Virus record (IMG/VR): IMGVR_UViG_3300027608_000013 | DNA length: 64,000 nucleotides | DNA from: a virus | Reading direction: 5' to 3' (one strand) | Shown: one piece after another, positions 61,059 to 64,000 of the stretch | How positions within the stretch are numbered: the stretch's first letter is position 1 | Layout: every line of letters starts with the position of its first letter | Notes under the pieces: generated by a model | Told to the model about the DNA's origin: nothing | Databases searched by the model: none | What the model saw: the letters and a program-made list of their open reading frames with translations, nothing else | Program-made: the position numbers and the translations under genes

Positions 61059-62066
61059 ATGAAAATACTTTATGTTAATCCATCTAATCGCGAATGTGGT
61101 ATATATCAATACGGATTGCGTGTATATAATGCATTAAAAACATATTTACCTGATTGGTGTAATTGTGAATTGCATTATACTGAAAATTATGATAATGTCT
61201 ATCAACATGTTGAATTGTTAAATCAACTTAAGCCAAACGTAGTTTTATATTCATTTAATGATACCGCAATGCCATTTGTTAAACATTATATGAGTAATCC
61301 AGATAGGGCAATTCACCATATTGCAATATCACATGAACAAGAACAAGTCGTAATAGATAATCCGGGTATGTTCCCGGATGAATGGATTGGAGGAAAATTA
61401 TTTGATAATTGGATTGGACATGATCCAACATTAAACATTTCTAGACCCAATATATTCAATGCAACGCGACCAATAATACGAAGTGAAAATAGACTTACTA
61501 ACAAAACAGACGATCGAATAGTATTTGGAAATTCTGGATTCGGACATCGCAGAAAAATGCATTATGAAATCGTAACTGCAATTCAACAAGAATATGATGA
61601 AGCTGTAATTAGATTCAATATGCCACCATCCCATTTTGGCGATAAACATTGCGTAGAATCTAGAGCGATTGCTGAGCATTGTAGTACATTAATTCATAAA
61701 CCAGGTATTGAATTGCAAGTTACTTATGATTTATTAGAAACTGAACAAGATTTAGTTGAATGGATGTATGGAAATGATGTTAATATTTACTTTTCTCAAC
61801 AATGGGATGTACCACATCAGATGCGGGGCGTTAACTCATCGCCAGATACAGCATTATCTACTAGAAGGCCGTTAATTGTAAATCATTCATCTATGACTCG
61901 ACACTTAACACCATACTTTGGTGCTTATGGTGCAGATGGTTCAATTCGACAATTGATTAATATGCAATTAAGAAATAAAACACCAGAACTAATATACAAC
62001 GAATGGAATCCATCTAGAATGGCAGGAGAATATTATAAAATGATAAAAAAGGTATGTAACGTATGA
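61059..62066 (+). CDS. Glycosyltransferase-like protein (paralog of 58872)
   Basis: CGIYQYG, FGNSGFG..RK, SSPDTALSTRRP; ATG at 61059. Confidence 0.55.
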   Translation: MKILYVNPSNRECGIYQYGLRVYNALKTYLPDWCNCELHYTENYDNVYQHVELLNQLKPNVVLYSFNDTAMPFVKHYMSNPDRAIHHIAISHEQEQVVIDNPGMFPDEWIGGKLFDNWIGHDPTLNISRPNIFNATRPIIRSENRLTNKTDDRIVFGNSGFGHRRKMHYEIVTAIQQEYDEAVIRFNMPPSHFGDKHCVESRAIAEHCSTLIHKPGIELQVTYDLLETEQDLVEWMYGNDVNIYFSQQWDVPHQMRGVNSSPDTALSTRRPLIVNHSSMTRHLTPYFGAYGADGSIRQLINMQLRNKTPELIYNEWNPSRMAGEYYKMIKKVCNV

Positions 62067-63031
62067 AAACAATATTAATAACGGGTGCTGGCGGATTTAT
62101 TGGATCTCATCTAGCAGAACGACTAAAACGAGAAGGCAATTATATAATCGGAGTAGATATTAAATATCCTGAATTCAAACAATATTTGGAAATATGTAAT
62201 GAATTTCATATTATTGATTTAAGAGTTCAATCTAATGTCGACCGGTTTATACCATCTCATAAAATTGATCAAATATTTCATTTAGCAGCTGATATGGGCG
62301 GTATGGGATATGTTGTTGGAAAAGATGCACAAATTTTACAAAATAGCGGAAGAATTGATTTGAATATATTTGATTGGGCACATAAATATGGTGTTAATGA
62401 TATTCTATTTACATCTTCTGCATGCAGATATCCAGATGAATTACAAAATGGAGATGATATCATGTTACGAGAAGATATGGCATATCCAGCAAATCCGCAA
62501 GATGGTTACGGGTGGGAAAAGATTTTTGGAGAATTGTTATGTAGATTTTATCATGAAAATCATAATATGAATACTCACGTTGTTGCATTTCATAATATAT
62601 ACGGCGAAAATGGAACATGGTGTGGCGGAAAAGAAAAATCTCCAGCTGCAATATGTAGAAAAGTAGCAGAAGCGCCCGACGGAGGATTTATAGAAATTTG
62701 GGGAGATGGAACGCAGTTACGTAGTTTTTGTCACGTATCTGATGCAATTGAAGGTATGATTCGAACAATGAATACTAATTTTCATTCTGCAATTAATATT
62801 GGCACTGATCGTTGCATTTCAATTAAAGATTTTACTCAAATGATTATAGACATCAGTGGTAAAAATTTAACTATTAAATACGTAGATGGAGCAATTGGGG
62901 TAAAAAGTAGAAATTCAGATAACACGTTAAGCAAACAACTTTTAAATTGGGAACCTACAATTGATTTAGAACAAGGAATGGCTGCATTATATACGTGGAT
63001 ATTAGAACAAGTTAATTTGGCAAAGAAATGA
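62063..63031 (+). CDS. NAD-dependent epimerase, GDP-mannose 3,5-epimerase-like
   Basis: GAGGFIG, LAADMGGMG, SSAC.YP, YGWEK, GGKEKSPAAICRK. Confidence 0.88.
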   Translation: MKTILITGAGGFIGSHLAERLKREGNYIIGVDIKYPEFKQYLEICNEFHIIDLRVQSNVDRFIPSHKIDQIFHLAADMGGMGYVVGKDAQILQNSGRIDLNIFDWAHKYGVNDILFTSSACRYPDELQNGDDIMLREDMAYPANPQDGYGWEKIFGELLCRFYHENHNMNTHVVAFHNIYGENGTWCGGKEKSPAAICRKVAEAPDGGFIEIWGDGTQLRSFCHVSDAIEGMIRTMNTNFHSAINIGTDRCISIKDFTQMIIDISGKNLTIKYVDGAIGVKSRNSDNTLSKQLLNWEPTIDLEQGMAALYTWILEQVNLAKK

Positions 63032-63381
63032 TTAAAATAAGTTTAGACGAATCATATGTATTTGATTTATTATCAATATATGAAGTTAAAATAGAATCTG
63101 CTACCGATCTAGAAAAAAAAAATAAATTACAATGGTCATATAATTTTCTAGAACTTGAGATTATAGAATCTATAGGAAAATTTTTATTTAATTCTATAAT
63201 CTCAAGCAAAGAATACTCAGATTTAAAATCTGCTAATAAAATTGTATTCGATTTGGTAGATCGAGCACATGAATCTGAATTATCAAAATTAACATCAGAT
63301 GCAAACTATACTAGATATTTGTATAAAATAGAATTACAACAAAAGTTTTTTGAAAATTTAGTAACAGAAGTTAAGATATGA
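63028..63381 (+). CDS. Hypothetical protein (DUF6165-like)
   Basis: ISL.....D.LSI.EVK, N..R...K, ends EVK. Confidence 0.5.
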   Translation: MIKISLDESYVFDLLSIYEVKIESATDLEKKNKLQWSYNFLELEIIESIGKFLFNSIISSKEYSDLKSANKIVFDLVDRAHESELSKLTSDANYTRYLYKIELQQKFFENLVTEVKI

Positions 63382-64000
63382 ATTATTTAGCCGGCGGGAA
63401 AATGGGAGATTTTATCCATAGTTTACTTGTATGCAAATACAAGTTCGACCAAACTGGAGAAAAATCAAATATATTTTTATCAAATAATGGACATGCATTT
63501 GAATATGATTTAGAATTTACATTTAATGAATTAAAAACATTAATGATGTGTCAACCATGGGTAGATATATTTAGTATACATGAATCTGAATCAATTGATA
63601 TTGATTTAACCGAATGGCGACATTCTCCATTATTATATCAAACCAATTGGTTGGAAATATATTCAAACATGTATCTAAATAATATTAAAATTCCTAATGA
63701 ATATAATTGGATAACGGTTGAAAAAGACGATCGTTATTCAAATTCATTAATGATTAATAGATCTTTAAAAACTATTGATAATAATAAATTACATGTATAC
63801 GATGATTTGATTTCAAAATATGACGATGTATATTTTATTTGTTTTGATGTTAAACAATATTATCAGTTCCCATTACATTATAAAACAAAGTTATTACTTG
63901 TTGATAATTTACATGATTTCTTTATTAAGATTGCTAGTTGTCATTTTTTTATAGGAAATCAATCTGGGCCGTTTGCATGGGCATCGGCTCTAAATACTCC
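63378..64000 (+). CDS. Glycosyltransferase family 9-like protein (partial, runs off window)
   Basis: ATG 63378, GKMGDFIH...; window ends in the same frame with IGNQSGPFAWASALNT. Confidence 0.7.
   Translation, partial: MNYLAGGKMGDFIHSLLVCKYKFDQTGEKSNIFLSNNGHAFEYDLEFTFNELKTLMMCQPWVDIFSIHESESIDIDLTEWRHSPLLYQTNWLEIYSNMYLNNIKIPNEYNWITVEKDDRYSNSLMINRSLKTIDNNKLHVYDDLISKYDDVYFICFDVKQYYQFPLHYKTKLLLVDNLHDFFIKIASCHFFIGNQSGPFAWASALNT

Noticed and set aside
44-63209. Minus-strand and short alternative-frame ORFs in the track
   Set aside because: All overlap well-supported plus-strand genes and lack motifs; treated as shadow ORFs.

Overview
64 kb of an AT-rich, entirely plus-strand-coded large T4-like myophage genome. 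Host is probably Bacteroidota (inferred from the bS21 sequence, not proven). Gene order: phage bS21, then the head module (scaffold, gp23 capsid, PhoH, neck gp13/14/15), a fibre gene and four paralogous G/S/T-rich fibre-like genes, the tail module (sheath, tube, chaperone, tape measure, baseplate), a PolA-like gene and putative head-cargo proteins, the replication module (gp32, RecA, 5'-3' exonuclease, helicase, class II RNR, PolB, clamp and clamp loader) with two free-standing HNH endonucleases, a 7-deazaguanine DNA-modification gene set (folE, queD, queE, second T-fold gene, glycosyltransferase, DpdA-like TGT), and a glycan biosynthesis island running off the right end. The most striking observation is in the 5'-3' exonuclease gene directly behind an HNH endonuclease. 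It carries a 6-nt insertion in its first catalytic motif (GAC GGC CTT TAG CTT AAC), a matched Leu-stop-Leu 'stop-hop' that would give DGLNTF if the ribosome hops, i.e. a candidate minimal analogue of the T4 mobA/gene 60 bypass cassette. Also notable: a +1/-2 frameshift candidate in the tail chaperone, two promoter classes (one predicting leaderless mRNAs), strong SD sites on structural genes next to bS21, and a QueC-less deazaguanine pathway coupled to a glycosyltransferase. All product calls come from motif recognition by eye; no searches were run.
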